Below are positions 9,571 to 19,895 of a DNA stretch of 64,000 nucleotides, one piece after another. Numbering within the stretch: position 1 is the first letter of the stretch; every line of letters begins with the position of its first letter. The DNA comes from Dehalococcoidia bacterium. Its GTDB lineage: Bacteria > Chloroflexota > Dehalococcoidia > SHYM01. The notes beneath the pieces were generated by a model, which was not told where the DNA came from, searched no databases, and worked only from the letters and a program-made list of their open reading frames with translations. Location of the stretch: positions 2,831 through 66,830 of the forward strand of contig SHYM01000001.1 in the NCBI GenBank assembly GCA_009692805.1. The letters are read 5' to 3'. The translations under genes were made by a program, and so were the position numbers.

Positions 9571-11517
9571 GTGGGACATTGGGGTGGCGGGGGCGGGGGC
9601 GGCGGCTTTGGTGGCGGCGGCCTGGGAGGCGCCCTGGGCATGGGGGGTGGCGCCAATCAGTGGCGCCGCGCCGCCGACGGCTGGCAAGATGAGGCCGTGG
9701 GCAAGGCCTACGACCACACCGTCATGACCCGCCTGGTGCGCTACCTCTTGCCCTACCGGCGCCACATCATCCTCTCTCTGCTAGGGACGGTGCTATTCGC
9801 CCTCGCCTCCTATACCCAACCCGTGCTGGTGGGCATGGCCATCGACAGCGCTGTCCAGGGCAACCTGCGGCAGCTAAGCTGGGTGAGCCTGGCCTTCGTG
9901 GCGCTGGCCCTTATCGCCTGGGCCTCCTACTACTTGTTCATGTCCACCACAGCCTGGCTGGGCCATCGCGTCCTCTATACCCTGCGCACCCAGATGTTCG
10001 ATCACCTGGAGAAGCTATCCCTCAGCTTCTACGACCGGCAGGAGGTCGGGCGGGTCATGTCCCGGGTCCAGAACGATGTGACCTCCATCCAGGAGCTCCT
10101 CACATCGGGCTTTTTCGCCATCCTGGCGGACGTGCTGGGCCTGGGGGTGGTGGTCTTCTGGCTCCTGGAGCGAGATGTGGCGATGGCCCTTATCGCCATG
10201 GCCGTGGTCCCCCTCCTGCTGCTCTCCCTGGTGATCTGGCAACGACGGGCGATAGGGGCCTTCATCCGCGTCCGCGCGGCCATCGCCAGGGTGAACGCCA
10301 ACCTGCAGGAGAACATCTCCGGAGCGCGGGTCATCCAAAGCCTCAATCGGGAGGACGAAAACCTGCGCCGCTTCGATGAGGTAAACGCCAGCCACCTGCA
10401 GGCCAACGTGGAGGCGGGACGGCTGTCGGCGGCGGTGCAGCCGATGGTAGAGATAGCGGTGGCCATCGCCACCGCCCTCGTCATCATCTTCGGCGGCATC
10501 CGCGTGATCCAGGGCGGCATAACCATCGGCGTCGTGGTCACCTTCGTGGTCTTCGTCCAGCGCTTCTTCGAGCCCATCCGCACCCTGGTCATGCAATACG
10601 CCCAACTCCAGCGCGCCATGGCCGGCGGCCAGCGCATCTTCGAGGTGCTCGACACCAAGCCCCAGATTGTGGATGCGCCCGACGCCGTGGAGCTGGCGGA
10701 CATCAAAGGCGCGGTGTCCTTCGAGCATGTCCATCACAGCTACCTGCCGGGCTTGGAGGTGCTGCACGACTTCAACCTGGAGGTGTCGCCGGGGGAGACC
10801 ATAGCGCTGGTCGGCCCCACCGGGAGCGGCAAGACTACGGTCACTTCATTGGTGTGCCGCTTCTACGATATGACCCAAGGGCGCATCCTCATCGACGGCC
10901 ACGATGTGCGGAACATCAAGCTCAGCTCCCTGGCGCGCCGCGTGGGAATGGTGCTCCAGGACGCCTTCCTTTTCTCGGGCACCGTTAAAGAAAACATCCG
11001 CTATGGTCGCTTGGACGCTACCGATGAAGAGATCGTGGAGGCAGCTACAGCCGTGGGGGCTCACGGCTTCATCTTGAGGCTGGCCAAGGGCTACGAAACC
11101 GTCCTCCAGGAGCGTGGCCAGAACTTATCGGTGGGGCAGCGCCAGCTCATCAGCTTCGCCCGCGCGGTGGTGGCAGACCCCCGCATCCTCATCCTAGACG
11201 AGGCGACCGCCAAGGTGGACAGCAGCACGGAAGCCGTTATCCAGAAGGCCCTCAGCCGCTTGCTGAAGGGGCGGACATCCTTTGTGATCGCCCACCGGCT
11301 CTCCACCATCCGCAGCGCCGACAGGCTGGTGGTCCTTGAAGCCGGCCGCGTCGCGGAGATAGGCACCCACGAGGAGCTGCTGGCCCGCGGCGGCCTTTAC
11401 AGCCGCCTCTACCGCATGAGCTACGAAGGGCGTGACGGCGCGACGCTATCCGGCAACGGCGACGGCCACCTGGCGAGCCCTTTGCCCGGCCTCGGGGAAC
11501 CGCTTACCGCAAACTAG
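9571..11517 (+). CDS. Heterodimeric ABC exporter subunit (TMD+NBD), Gly-rich N-terminus
   Basis: GPTGSGKT, LSVGQ, ILILDEAT, IAHRL. Confidence 0.92.
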   Translation: MGHWGGGGGGGGFGGGGLGGALGMGGGANQWRRAADGWQDEAVGKAYDHTVMTRLVRYLLPYRRHIILSLLGTVLFALASYTQPVLVGMAIDSAVQGNLRQLSWVSLAFVALALIAWASYYLFMSTTAWLGHRVLYTLRTQMFDHLEKLSLSFYDRQEVGRVMSRVQNDVTSIQELLTSGFFAILADVLGLGVVVFWLLERDVAMALIAMAVVPLLLLSLVIWQRRAIGAFIRVRAAIARVNANLQENISGARVIQSLNREDENLRRFDEVNASHLQANVEAGRLSAAVQPMVEIAVAIATALVIIFGGIRVIQGGITIGVVVTFVVFVQRFFEPIRTLVMQYAQLQRAMAGGQRIFEVLDTKPQIVDAPDAVELADIKGAVSFEHVHHSYLPGLEVLHDFNLEVSPGETIALVGPTGSGKTTVTSLVCRFYDMTQGRILIDGHDVRNIKLSSLARRVGMVLQDAFLFSGTVKENIRYGRLDATDEEIVEAATAVGAHGFILRLAKGYETVLQERGQNLSVGQRQLISFARAVVADPRILILDEATAKVDSSTEAVIQKALSRLLKGRTSFVIAHRLSTIRSADRLVVLEAGRVAEIGTHEELLARGGLYSRLYRMSYEGRDGATLSGNGDGHLASPLPGLGEPLTAN

Positions 11518-11798
11518 GCTGGCCGAGCGGCCGACCCGGGCCCGTCGCACCCGAGGCGAGCGCGTAACGGCCTCTCTGGATGCGGCTTTGGCCCTAGCTC
11601 CGCCGAGCCCGCCGTATAAGAGCTTGCGGTGCCAGGCACCGCTCTGGGCACGGGCCTGCGGTCGTTCACCGGCCCTCGCTGCCCATGCCAGGACGGTTGC
11701 GCAACGCGCCTTTATCATGTAATACAGACGGATAACAGTCTGAGGTTGTCAGCGAGGTGCCACGCAGGAACCTCCGTGTCGCTGAGAAAGGGGATGGC

Positions 11799-11972
11799 AT
11801 GACCCAGAACAGAGAGGCGCAATGGCAGGTTACGTGCCAATGTGGCTGGCGCGTGCACGGGGCGAAAGCAGAGGTCGTCGTAGCCGTACGACAGCACGGT
11901 CGCAGCGCCCATCAGTTGGAGGTCACCGAGGACCAGGTGATGGCCCTCGCCGTTCCGGACGGACAGGCCTAG
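11799..11972 (+). CDS. Small DUF1059-like putative metal-binding protein
   Basis: CxCGW..G...EVV...QH...AH pattern; purine-rich SD-like run AAGGGG. Confidence 0.6.
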   Translation: MTQNREAQWQVTCQCGWRVHGAKAEVVVAVRQHGRSAHQLEVTEDQVMALAVPDGQA

Positions 11973-12073
11973 TCACCGATATTCGGCACGAGGCGCCGGC
12001 GCCCACCCTTGAAGCACCTCGCTGTCTTCCTCATGGCTAGCGTTGAGTAGCCCGTCCCGATGGGGGCGACAAC

Positions 12074-12634
12074 ATGGAAAGCGAACGACCGTCGCAGCAT
12101 ATCGAGGGGCTGCCGGCGCCGCTCTCGGAACTGCCGTGGTCGGCGTCCTTCGTGATGCAGGCGATAGAAATCCTGCCGGTCGCGTTGCGCGAGAGGCAGC
12201 TTCTATCCCTGCGGCCCGAACACGCCGGCTCATTCGTCGTCGGCTGGCCGGCTGGCGCCCGGCCAGAGGAGGTAGCGGCACGAGCGATGCAGGAGTTGGG
12301 GCTGGAGCCCCTCGTCCTCCACTCGACATCGTGGCGTCACGTCGGGGCGGAGGTGGTGCTCACCTATCTGACCGTCGTGTCGCCCGTCGCCGGCCTTCCG
12401 CCGTCATGGGAGGCCGCGCCTATCATCCATGTAGAACTGGCCCGCGGCGACGCCACGACCCCACCCTCGGCCATCGGCGTGCTGCAGGTTCTAGAGCACA
12501 CGTTGCGTCACCTGGCCTGGCTGCTGGGGGACGATCCGGCGATTGCGGGCGCCCTTCCCGACTGGCGAGAGGCTCTAGCTGACTACGTCCCCGAGCCCTT
12601 CCGGGCATTTGCGGGACCAGTTTCGCAGCCTTAA
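12074..12634 (+). CDS. Hypothetical protein
   Basis: 186-aa ORF with protein-like composition (LHSTSWR..VLTY, HTLRHLAWL) and SD-like GGGG. Confidence 0.7.
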   Translation: MESERPSQHIEGLPAPLSELPWSASFVMQAIEILPVALRERQLLSLRPEHAGSFVVGWPAGARPEEVAARAMQELGLEPLVLHSTSWRHVGAEVVLTYLTVVSPVAGLPPSWEAAPIIHVELARGDATTPPSAIGVLQVLEHTLRHLAWLLGDDPAIAGALPDWREALADYVPEPFRAFAGPVSQP

Positions 12635-12734
12635 CCGCCGGACGGGGCGGCTCCGCTTCAGAGATCTGGCGGCATAAGCCCAAGCAACTCTCCGGTGTCC
12701 ATGCGTGGTGCGCTTCTCGGGCGAGGGGGGGGTA

Positions 12735-12811
12735 TGGCGACCCCGATGGGATTCGAACCCACGATCTCCACCGTGACAGGGTGGCATGTTAGGCCGCTAC
12801 ACCACGGGGCC
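12735..12811 (-). tRNA. tRNA-Asp(GTC)
   Basis: Reverse complement GGCCCCG...CTGTCAC anticodon loop...GTTCGAATC...CGGGGTCGCCA; 77 nt, CCA encoded. Confidence 0.97.
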
Positions 12812-12820
12812 GCGCACAAT

Positions 12821-12850
12821 ATTCTAGGCTCGCCCCCTCCCTGGTGTCAA
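12821..12850 (-). promoter_or_regulatory. sigma70-type promoter of tRNA-Asp
   Basis: TTGACA-18 nt-TAGAAT on the minus strand, about 10 nt before the tRNA. Confidence 0.7.
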
Positions 12851-12899
12851 GGAAAGATACATATAAAATACGTGGGCAACGGGGAGGCCCTTCGACCGG

Positions 12900-13085
12900 T
12901 CAGGCGGCCACGTATTTTTGGGGCTCTTTATCGAAGCTCTGCTTGCAGCCGGCGGCGCAGAAATAGTAGCTGGCGCCCTTGTACTCCGACTTGCCCGCGG
13001 CCTGGCTGGGGTAAACCTCCATCTTGCAGACAGGGTCCACCACCTTTTGCTCCTGAGCCTTCTTCCCGAAAGGCCAGATCTTCAT
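12900..13085 (-). CDS. YHS-domain protein (putative copper-binding)
   Basis: DPVCKMEV..YKGASYYFCAAGCKQSFDKEPQKY; SD GGAAGG before ATG 13085. Confidence 0.85.
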   Translation of the reverse strand: MKIWPFGKKAQEQKVVDPVCKMEVYPSQAAGKSEYKGASYYFCAAGCKQSFDKEPQKYVAA

Positions 13086-13134
13086 GCCAGCTACCTTCCT
13101 TTCAGTGATGCCAGAGGACTCGCTGCCCCTGGCG

Positions 13135-13368
13135 CTAACCCAGCTCGTCCCGTAGCTCCTGGAACTGCTCCTTCGTGATTTCGCCGCGGGCGTAGCGCGT
13201 CCTGGCGATGCCCAGGGGGCTGCGCTCCGCTGCTCCTTTGCCTCCGCTGACAGTGCGCACGGCCCAGACGACAAGGGCGACTACAGCGCCCCAGAACAGG
13301 AGCATGGCGACCATGCCTATAGCCATCATAGCAATGCCCCAGCCGCCCATTGTGTGTCCGTACCACAT
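13135..13368 (-). CDS. Small membrane protein with C-terminal SHOCT domain
   Basis: Met/Gly-rich TM helix followed by RYARGEITKEQF. Confidence 0.85.
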   Translation of the reverse strand: MWYGHTMGGWGIAMMAIGMVAMLLFWGAVVALVVWAVRTVSGGKGAAERSPLGIARTRYARGEITKEQFQELRDELG

Positions 13369-13377
13369 ACTGCCTTC

Positions 13378-13791
13378 CTAGTCTAACGGGAACGTGTCCG
13401 GCGCTCGGTCGAAGCGCTCCTTGCAGCCCGCAGCGCAGAAATAGACCGTCCTGCCGGCATGCTGGCCGGTCGCAGCGGCATCGGCGATGGGGATGACCAT
13501 GCCGCACACGGGGTCGCGGGCGCTGTTGGCCTCGGCAGCGGCTCCGCTAGGGCGCGACGTCTGCCCCTGCGCCGGCTCGCGGGTCAGCCAGCGGCGCAAG
13601 ACGGGGGCGAGGGTTGGCATGATGACGATCAGGGCCAGCAGAAAGACCCACGCGGCCCCGCCGTAGCGCGCCACGGCATCGCCCGGCGCCGCCCCCGGCG
13701 CCAGCAGGGCGAAGGCCAGGGCCAGGGCCGCGGCCAGCCCCGTGTAGACCAGGGCGCTCAGCCAGGCGGCGGTGCGAACGCTTAGTCCCAT
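13378..13791 (-). CDS. Membrane-anchored YHS-domain protein
   Basis: Two TM segments, then DPVCGMVI...YFCAAGCKERF. Confidence 0.8.
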   Translation of the reverse strand: MGLSVRTAAWLSALVYTGLAAALALAFALLAPGAAPGDAVARYGGAAWVFLLALIVIMPTLAPVLRRWLTREPAQGQTSRPSGAAAEANSARDPVCGMVIPIADAAATGQHAGRTVYFCAAGCKERFDRAPDTFPLD

Positions 13792-13798
13792 CTTTGCC

Positions 13799-16396
13799 TC
13801 ACTGGGGGCTGGGTGCCGGCAGCCTCACCGGCGCCTCGGCGGTCTTGCCTGGGGCGCGCGTGCCACCGCTCCCCGCGCTCGCCTTGAAGCGCCTCATCAG
13901 TAGCGTGTTCAGGGTGACCGAGAGCGAGCTGGTGGCCATGAAAAAGGCTGCCAACTCGGGCCCCACCACAAGCTGGAAGAAGGGGTACAGGAGCCCGGCG
14001 CCGATAGGGATGCCTGCAGTGTTGTAGGCGAAGGCCCAGAACAGGTTCTGCTTCACCTTGCCCATGGTCGCGCGGGCGATCTGGATGGCCACGGCGACAT
14101 CGCGGGGGTCGTCCTTTAGCAGGACCACATGGCCCGCTTCCTTGGCCACGTCGGTGCCGCTGCCGATGGCCAGGCCCACGTCGGCCTGCGCCAGGGCCGG
14201 GGCGTCGTTGATGCCGTCGCCCACCATGGCCACCCGGCGTCCGCGGGCCTGCAGCTTCCTGATCTCGGCGGCCTTGCCCTCGGGGAGCACCTCCGCCAGC
14301 ACCACCTCGATGCCCAACTGCCGGCCGACGGCCTGGGCGGTGCGGCGGTTGTCGCCCGTGATCATGGCGACCTCCATCCCCATCCGGCGCAGGGCCTGGA
14401 CGGCGGCCGGGGAGGTGGGCTTCAGGGTGTCGGCCACCGCGACGATTCCCACGGCCACGCCGTCGACGCCCACGAACATCGCGGTCTTGCCAGCCTCTTC
14501 CAGCGCCTCGGCGTCGGCAGCGAGCGCGTCCAGGGCGACGCCGCGCTCGGCCATCAGGGCGCGATTGCCGACCAGGACCAGGCGCCCCTGGTACTGGGCC
14601 TCCACGCCCCGGCCTGGGACGGCCTGGAATGAGCTGGGGGTCTCCAGGACAAGGCCGCGCGCCTGAGCGCCGCGCACCACCGCCTCGCCCAGGGGATGCT
14701 CCGACTGCCTGTCAGCGATGGCGGCGAGCCGCAGCACCTCCGGCTCCGGCATCCCGCGGGCGACCACATCGGTCAGGGAGGGCTCGCCCCGGGTCAGGGT
14801 GCCGGTCTTATCGAAGACCACCGTCTGCAGCTTGGCGGCGCTCTCGATGGCGTCGGCGCCTTTGAACAAGACGCCGTGCTCCGCTCCCAGGCCCGAGCCC
14901 ATCATGATGGCGCTGGGGGTGGCCAGGCCCACGGCGCAGGGGCAGGAGATCACCAGCACCGTCACGCTCATCAGCAGGGAGAAGCCGAAGACCCCCAGGC
15001 CGGTCAGGGTGTTGGGGGAGAGGATGAAGCGGCTCTGGGGCTCGAACCACTGCTGGTAGCCGAAGAAGAACCAAAAGGCGAAGACCAGCAAGGCCAGGAC
15101 ATGCACGCCCAGGATAAAGTGACCGGCCACGGCATCGGCCAGGCGCTGGATGGGGGCCTTGCTGACCTGGGCCTCCTCCACGAGGTGGACGATCTGGGCC
15201 AGGGCGGTCTCTCTGCCAACTCGCTGGGCTTCAAACCGGAAGGCGCCGGTCTTGTTCAGCGTCCCGCCGATCACCGTGTCGCCCGCCTTCTTCTCCACCG
15301 GCAGGCTCTCGCCCGTGATCATGGACTCGTCCACGGCGGAGTAGCCCTCCAGCACCAGGCCATCCACTGGCACGCTCTCGCCGGGACGGACCAGGACCAT
15401 ATCGCCCACCTCCACCTCATCGGCTGGCAGGTCCATCTCCTGGCCCTGGCGCAGCACGCGCGCTCGCTTGGGCTGGAGCTTCATGAGGCGGCGGATGGCC
15501 TGGGAGGTGCGCCCGCGGGTGACGGCCTCCAGATAGCGGCCCAGCACGATGAAGGCCGTCAGCAGCGCCGCCGACTCGAAGAAGGTCGCCTTCTCGCCGC
15601 CGAAGCCGGCCTGGGGCCAGACAGTGTTGATGAGAGCGATGAGGTAGGCGGCGCCGATGCCGGTGGCGTAGAGCAGGTTCATATCGGTGGCGCCGCGCCG
15701 GAGGCCGTTGAAGCTGTGGATGAAGAACTGGCGGCCGGGGCCGAGGACGATGGGCGTCGTCCAGCCCAGGAGCCACCACTTGTTGCCCAGCAGCTCGGGC
15801 ACGAAGCTTGGGAGTATCCAGAACTCCCGGAAGGTCCCCACCATGATCAGGAGGCCCAGCGGCCAGGCGACCAGCAGGTTGAGGAGCTGCCGGCGGACCT
15901 CCCGCCGGCGCGCCTCTTGCTCCCGGTCCAGGGAGGCGGCCTCCCTCTCCCGCACCTGATAACCCAGTTGAGCGATGGCCCTCTTGATCTCGATGGGGCG
16001 GAGGGCGCTGCCGGCGTACTCCACCGTCGCCGTCTCCGTGGTCAGGTCCACCTCCACGCTGGCGACGCCCGCGAGCTCGCCCAGCGCCTTCTCGATGACG
16101 CCCTGGAGCGGGGAGCCCTTCATCCCCAGGACCAGGAATTCGCTCCGGTCCCAGGGCAGGTCATACCCCACCCCCTTGACCGCCTGGCGCAACTTGAGCA
16201 AGGGGACCTGGCCGGGGTCCAGCTCCACCACCGCCCGCTGGCCTTCTAGAGTCACCGCGGCCGAGTGGACCCCCGGCACCCCGCTCAGGGCCTTCTCCAC
16301 TGTGGTGACGCAAGCGGCGCAGTGCATGCCCGCGACGGGTATGCTGAGACGCTTTAGCTGCGGGCGCGCCGCCGCCATGTTCTGCTCGTCAGCCAT
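13799..16396 (-). CDS. copA: Cu(I)-translocating P1B-type ATPase
   Basis: GMHCAAC metal-binding domain, [24 protein letters not shown] and MxxSS motifs. Confidence 0.95.
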   Translation of the reverse strand: MADEQNMAAARPQLKRLSIPVAGMHCAACVTTVEKALSGVPGVHSAAVTLEGQRAVVELDPGQVPLLKLRQAVKGVGYDLPWDRSEFLVLGMKGSPLQGVIEKALGELAGVASVEVDLTTETATVEYAGSALRPIEIKRAIAQLGYQVREREAASLDREQEARRREVRRQLLNLLVAWPLGLLIMVGTFREFWILPSFVPELLGNKWWLLGWTTPIVLGPGRQFFIHSFNGLRRGATDMNLLYATGIGAAYLIALINTVWPQAGFGGEKATFFESAALLTAFIVLGRYLEAVTRGRTSQAIRRLMKLQPKRARVLRQGQEMDLPADEVEVGDMVLVRPGESVPVDGLVLEGYSAVDESMITGESLPVEKKAGDTVIGGTLNKTGAFRFEAQRVGRETALAQIVHLVEEAQVSKAPIQRLADAVAGHFILGVHVLALLVFAFWFFFGYQQWFEPQSRFILSPNTLTGLGVFGFSLLMSVTVLVISCPCAVGLATPSAIMMGSGLGAEHGVLFKGADAIESAAKLQTVVFDKTGTLTRGEPSLTDVVARGMPEPEVLRLAAIADRQSEHPLGEAVVRGAQARGLVLETPSSFQAVPGRGVEAQYQGRLVLVGNRALMAERGVALDALAADAEALEEAGKTAMFVGVDGVAVGIVAVADTLKPTSPAAVQALRRMGMEVAMITGDNRRTAQAVGRQLGIEVVLAEVLPEGKAAEIRKLQARGRRVAMVGDGINDAPALAQADVGLAIGSGTDVAKEAGHVVLLKDDPRDVAVAIQIARATMGKVKQNLFWAFAYNTAGIPIGAGLLYPFFQLVVGPELAAFFMATSSLSVTLNTLLMRRFKASAGSGGTRAPGKTAEAPVRLPAPSPQ

Positions 16397-16414
16397 CCCC
16401 GTCTCCCGGCGTAG

Positions 16415-16681
16415 CTAGCGGTTGGCCAGCCTATACAGCTCGGAGAGCTCGCCGATGATCTGGGCCTCGCGGCCGCCCTGGATACCCTGGACCACACAGT
16501 CGCCCAGATGGCCGTCCAGGAGTTTGGCCTCCAGCTTCTCAATGGCGCGGCGGACGGCCCTGGTCTGCTTCAGCACGTCCACGCAGTACTGGTCGGCCTC
16601 GATCATGCGGCGGATGCCCGCCAGGTGGCCCTCGATGTAGCTCAACCGCTTCAGGCTCTCGGCACGGACGTCGTTTTGCAT
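16415..16681 (-). CDS. csoR: CsoR-family copper-sensing repressor
   Basis: RLSYIEGHL.GI.RMI...YC.DVL.Q and HLGDC ligands; SD GGAGG before ATG 16681. Confidence 0.9.
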   Translation of the reverse strand: MQNDVRAESLKRLSYIEGHLAGIRRMIEADQYCVDVLKQTRAVRRAIEKLEAKLLDGHLGDCVVQGIQGGREAQIIGELSELYRLANR

Positions 16682-16690
16682 TAGCCTCCG

Positions 16691-16713
16691 ACCCCTACCC
16701 CCTGGGTGGGGGT
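16691..16713. promoter_or_regulatory. Probable CsoR operator
   Basis: ACCCCTACCC-CCT-GGGTGGGGGT: C-tract/G-tract inverted repeat (1 mismatch) just upstream of the csoR SD. Confidence 0.65.
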
Positions 16714-16857
16714 TGTTCCAAGCACAGCATAGCACGCTCCGCAAGAGCAGTCTCCAGGGTGTGCGCCGCACGAGCTATGATCGCAGCTGCCGGTCACACT
16801 GTCATGAGCAAGGCGCATCAGGCGGCGTAGCGTGAGTTGCCTATTTTGGAACACATG

Positions 16858-16896
16858 CCCCCTCTCCGAGTTTGGGAGAGGATTAGGTGTGAGGGC
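16858..16896 (+). repeat. REP-like palindromic unit
   Basis: cctctcc-gagtttg-ggagagg hairpin followed by an aggtgtgaggg tail; single copy in this window. Confidence 0.4.
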
Positions 16897-16939
16897 CGCC
16901 ATGCTCGCGCCGGGCGCGGCAGCTAAGGTGCGGCGGAGG

Positions 16940-17128
16940 TCACGCTGAACCGCGCCCTTCCTTCTCCGTAGCGAAGTCCTCGAGCTGCTGCGCCAGCGCC
17001 AGCAGCAGAGCCCGCTGCGCCGGGTCCTGGACTCGCGCCGCCCGCTCGCGGTTGCGCTGGGCGTGTTCGCGCAGCAACTGCGCCGAGGCCTGGCCGTACA
17101 GGGTCAGGAAGTCATCGCGTTCCAGCAT
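16940..17128 (-). CDS. Small hypothetical helical protein
   Basis: 62-aa ORF with a TACAAT -10 box just upstream. Confidence 0.55.
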   Translation of the reverse strand: MLERDDFLTLYGQASAQLLREHAQRNRERAARVQDPAQRALLLALAQQLEDFATEKEGRGSA

Positions 17129-17407
17129 TGCATCCCTGTGGTATTGTAACCCTTGCGCCTAACACTAAGCACGTGACGGTCGGTGGACTGGTTGGTTCTC
17201 CCTAGCCAAGGTAGGAGGCACAACGGCGTCTACTGCTCCCGCGGCCGACAGACTGCCGAGACAGTAGCGCCTCGGCGAGGCGCGCCTCCGGGCTGGACAC
17301 GATCTAGACGTGGAGGACGTTCGGCGGGTCCTTCGATAAGTCGTGATGGAACGCGGCTATTCTGTATTGATGTTTTCTATGGCCATTGGGAAAGCCTATC
17401 CCACATC

Positions 17408-17436
17408 TTGACACGCCAGGGAGCGATGCCTACTAT
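17408..17436 (+). promoter_or_regulatory. sigma70-type promoter of the pan operon
   Basis: TTGACA-17 nt-TACTAT. Confidence 0.75.
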
Positions 17437-17442
17437 ACCGTT

Positions 17443-17590
17443 TGCTGGCGATCCCGAACCGTCGGGACGGCAAGCGGCATCCAGAGTTGGAGTCAAAAGG
17501 CGAGCCCCGCTTGGATCCCAGGACCGAGACGCGGGTATGACAGGAAGCGGTGATACCCCCTCGGTCATTGTGCCCGAGGGGTTTATTGTG
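17443..17590 (+). ncRNA. Structured cis-regulatory leader, probably the pan RNA motif, ending in an intrinsic terminator
   Basis: Lies between the promoter and the pan operon. Pairings atccag..ttggat and tcccga..tcggga; terminator cccctcgg-N9-ccgagggg followed by tttatt. Identity with the pan motif is recalled, not computed. Confidence 0.6.
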
Positions 17591-17602
17591 TGTGACGGTG
17601 CC

Positions 17603-18568
17603 ATGCCGGGAAGCATCACCGATGTCCCCGGAATACTGGTAGGGCACTACACCGACCGGCGCGCGGCCACGGGCTGCACGGTGGTGCTCTGTGAAGCGGG
17701 CGCGGTGCCCGGAGTGGCCGTGCGGGGCGCGGCGCCAGGCACCCGGGAGACGGACTGCCTGCGCCCGGGCATGCTGGTGCCCAAGCTCCACGCCGTTCTC
17801 CTCAGCGGCGGCAGCGCCTTCGGGCTGGCGGCGGCGGAGGGCGTCATGGCGTTCTTGGAGGCCCGGGGGGTGGGCTTCCGGGTGCGCAATTTCGTAGTCC
17901 CCGTCGTCCCGGCAGCGATCCTGTTCGACCTGTCCCTGGGCGATGGCTCGGTGCGGCCCGGGGCGGCGGAGGGACGCCGCGCCTGCGAGGCGGCGACGGC
18001 GGGGCGGGTGGCCGAGGGCAGCGTCGGCGCCGGCACCGGGGCCACGGTTGCCAAGGCCCTGGGGATGGAGCACGCCCTGAAGGGCGGCGTCGGCAGCGCC
18101 AGTGAACGCTTCGGCGATGGCGTCGTGGTCGGCGCCCTGGCAGCCGTCAACGCCCTGGGGGATATCATCGACCCGGCCACCGGCCAACAAGTGGCGGGGC
18201 CCCGCAACCCAGCGGGCCCGGGCTTCCTACGCACGCTGGACATTCTGAAGAGCGGCCGCGGGCCCCAGCGCACCTCGGAGGTGGGCGAAAACACTACCCT
18301 CGCCGTGGTGGCGACCAACGCCGCCCTGACCAAGGAGCAGGCAACCAAGGTGGCGCAGATGGCCCACGACGGCCTCGCCCGGACCATCTGGCCCGTCCAC
18401 ACCATGGCCGACGGCGACGTAGTCTTCGTCCTGAGCGCCGGGGAGCGGCAGGCGGATTTGTCCACCCTCGGCGCCGTGGCGGCGGAGGTGACCGCCCAGG
18501 CCATCCTGCGCGGGGTAAAGCGGGCGCGGGGCCTCTGCGGCGTGCCCGGCCTCGGAGATAGCAAATGA
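17603..18568 (+). CDS. P1/S58 (DmpA/ThnT-like) self-cleaving amidohydrolase
   Basis: SITDVPGILVGH, GAAPGTRETD, LSGGSAFGL, GSVGAGTGA, ENTTL, HTMADGD. Start reassigned to ATG 17603. Confidence 0.9.
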   Translation: MPGSITDVPGILVGHYTDRRAATGCTVVLCEAGAVPGVAVRGAAPGTRETDCLRPGMLVPKLHAVLLSGGSAFGLAAAEGVMAFLEARGVGFRVRNFVVPVVPAAILFDLSLGDGSVRPGAAEGRRACEAATAGRVAEGSVGAGTGATVAKALGMEHALKGGVGSASERFGDGVVVGALAAVNALGDIIDPATGQQVAGPRNPAGPGFLRTLDILKSGRGPQRTSEVGENTTLAVVATNAALTKEQATKVAQMAHDGLARTIWPVHTMADGDVVFVLSAGERQADLSTLGAVAAEVTAQAILRGVKRARGLCGVPGLGDSK

Positions 18569-19446
18569 CGGGACGTCCCCTGGTAGGCATCATCGGCGCC
18601 GGCGCCCTGGGGACGGCGTTGGGTCCGGCCCTGGCCGGCGCCGGCTACACAGTGGTCGCCGTCGCCAGCCGCGACGACGCCTCGGCGGAGGCCCTGGCGC
18701 GCTGCCTTCCAGGGTGCCGCGCTACCACGGCGCAGGGGGTGGCCGAGGCCGCCGAGCTGGTGTTTTTGACGACGCCCGATGACGCCGTGGGGCCCACCGC
18801 GGCCTCCCTGCGCTGGCGCCCCGGCCGCGCCGCCATCCACTGCTCGGGTAGCTTGACCATGGCCCCCCTGGCGACCGCCGCCGCCCAGGGCGCCCGGGTG
18901 GGAAGTCTGCACCCCTTGCAGGCCTTCGCCGAGCGGGGCCGTCCCGAGCTCGCCACCGGCATCGCCTGGGCCCTGGAGGCGACGCCGCCCCTGGACGCCA
19001 CCCTGCGGCAGCTGGTGAACGACCTGAAGGGCTGGATCATCGCGGTCACGCCGGAGCAGCGGATCCTCTATCATGCCGGCACGATCCTCGCCTGCAACTA
19101 TCTGGTGACCCTGGTGAAGCTGGCGACGGACCTCTGGGAGCCCTTGGGCATGGGCCGCCGGCAGGCGGTGCGGACCCTCCTCCCCCTGCTGCGGGTTACC
19201 CTGGATAACATCGAGCGGACAGGCTATCCCAACTGCCTGACCGGCCCCCTCTCCCGGGGGGATGGCGGGGTGGTCCAGCGCCACTTGGAGGCCATCGGCC
19301 AAGTGGCGCCCCAGGCGGCCGCCACCTACCGCGCCCTGGGCCTGGCTACGCTGCCCATCGCTCGGGCCAAGGGCCGTCTGGGGCCGGAGCAGGAGGAGAA
19401 GCTGCGCGTGCTGCTGGCGGGCGTGAGCGGGGACACCGAGAGGTAG
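18565..19446 (+). CDS. panG: Rossmann-like + DUF2520 protein, probable PanG-type ketopantoate reductase
   Basis: [34 protein letters not shown]; located inside the pan operon, no panE in the window. Confidence 0.8.
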   Translation: MTGRPLVGIIGAGALGTALGPALAGAGYTVVAVASRDDASAEALARCLPGCRATTAQGVAEAAELVFLTTPDDAVGPTAASLRWRPGRAAIHCSGSLTMAPLATAAAQGARVGSLHPLQAFAERGRPELATGIAWALEATPPLDATLRQLVNDLKGWIIAVTPEQRILYHAGTILACNYLVTLVKLATDLWEPLGMGRRQAVRTLLPLLRVTLDNIERTGYPNCLTGPLSRGDGGVVQRHLEAIGQVAPQAAATYRALGLATLPIARAKGRLGPEQEEKLRVLLAGVSGDTER

Positions 19447-19472
19447 AGCTAGCGCACCGAAAGGAGTGGAGC

Positions 19473-19859
19473 ATGATACGGACCATGCTGTGGGGCAAGA
19501 TCCACCGGGCGACGGTGACGGAGGCCAACGTCTTTTACCGCGGCAGCATCACCATCGACGAGGTGTTGATGGAAGCGGCCAACATTCTCCCCTTCGAGCA
19601 GGTGCACGTCCTGGACGTCAACAACGGCGCCCGCCTCGAGACCTATGCCATCCCTGCCCCCAGGGGCTCCGGCGTAATCTGCGTCAACGGCGCCGCTGCC
19701 CGCCTGGTGCGGAAGGGCAATGTGGTCATCATCATGTGCTACGCTCAGGTCACTGACGCCGAGGCCCGGAAGGTCCAACCGAACCTGGTGTTCGTGGATG
19801 AGGAGAACCGGCTGCTCGAGGTACGGCACGATGTGCCCGTCGAGGTCCCCCTGCGCTAG
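19473..19859 (+). CDS. panD: Aspartate 1-decarboxylase
   Basis: [16 protein letters not shown] self-cleavage site, [15 protein letters not shown]. Confidence 0.96.
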   Translation: MIRTMLWGKIHRATVTEANVFYRGSITIDEVLMEAANILPFEQVHVLDVNNGARLETYAIPAPRGSGVICVNGAAARLVRKGNVVIIMCYAQVTDAEARKVQPNLVFVDEENRLLEVRHDVPVEVPLR

Positions 19860-19895
19860 GGATGCGCGAGAACGGGGGGAGTTAGGAGGGTTGCG

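Noticed and set aside
7690..11517. Degenerate NBD motifs as a sign of pseudogenisation or novelty
   Set aside because: One degenerate and one consensus site is the normal pattern of TM287/TM288-type heterodimeric exporters.
11517..12734. Possible island integrated at the tRNA-Asp 3' end
   Set aside because: No integrase; only a 9-nt match (cccgatggg near 12056) to the tRNA end, too short for an att site.
14696..16249. 517-aa plus-strand ORF and many similar long antisense ORFs (e.g. 17647-19302, 19449-20774, 52511-53677, 56677-58038)
   Set aside because: Shadow frames of well-supported genes, expected at high GC; no family motifs.
17170..17400. Possible ncRNA in the intergenic stretch before the pan promoter
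   Set aside because: Only short stems; no recognisable family signature, promoter or terminator that I could support.
17183..17602. N-terminal extension of the P1 peptidase ORF
   Set aside because: It spans a promoter, structured leader and terminator; homology begins at MPGSITDVPG.
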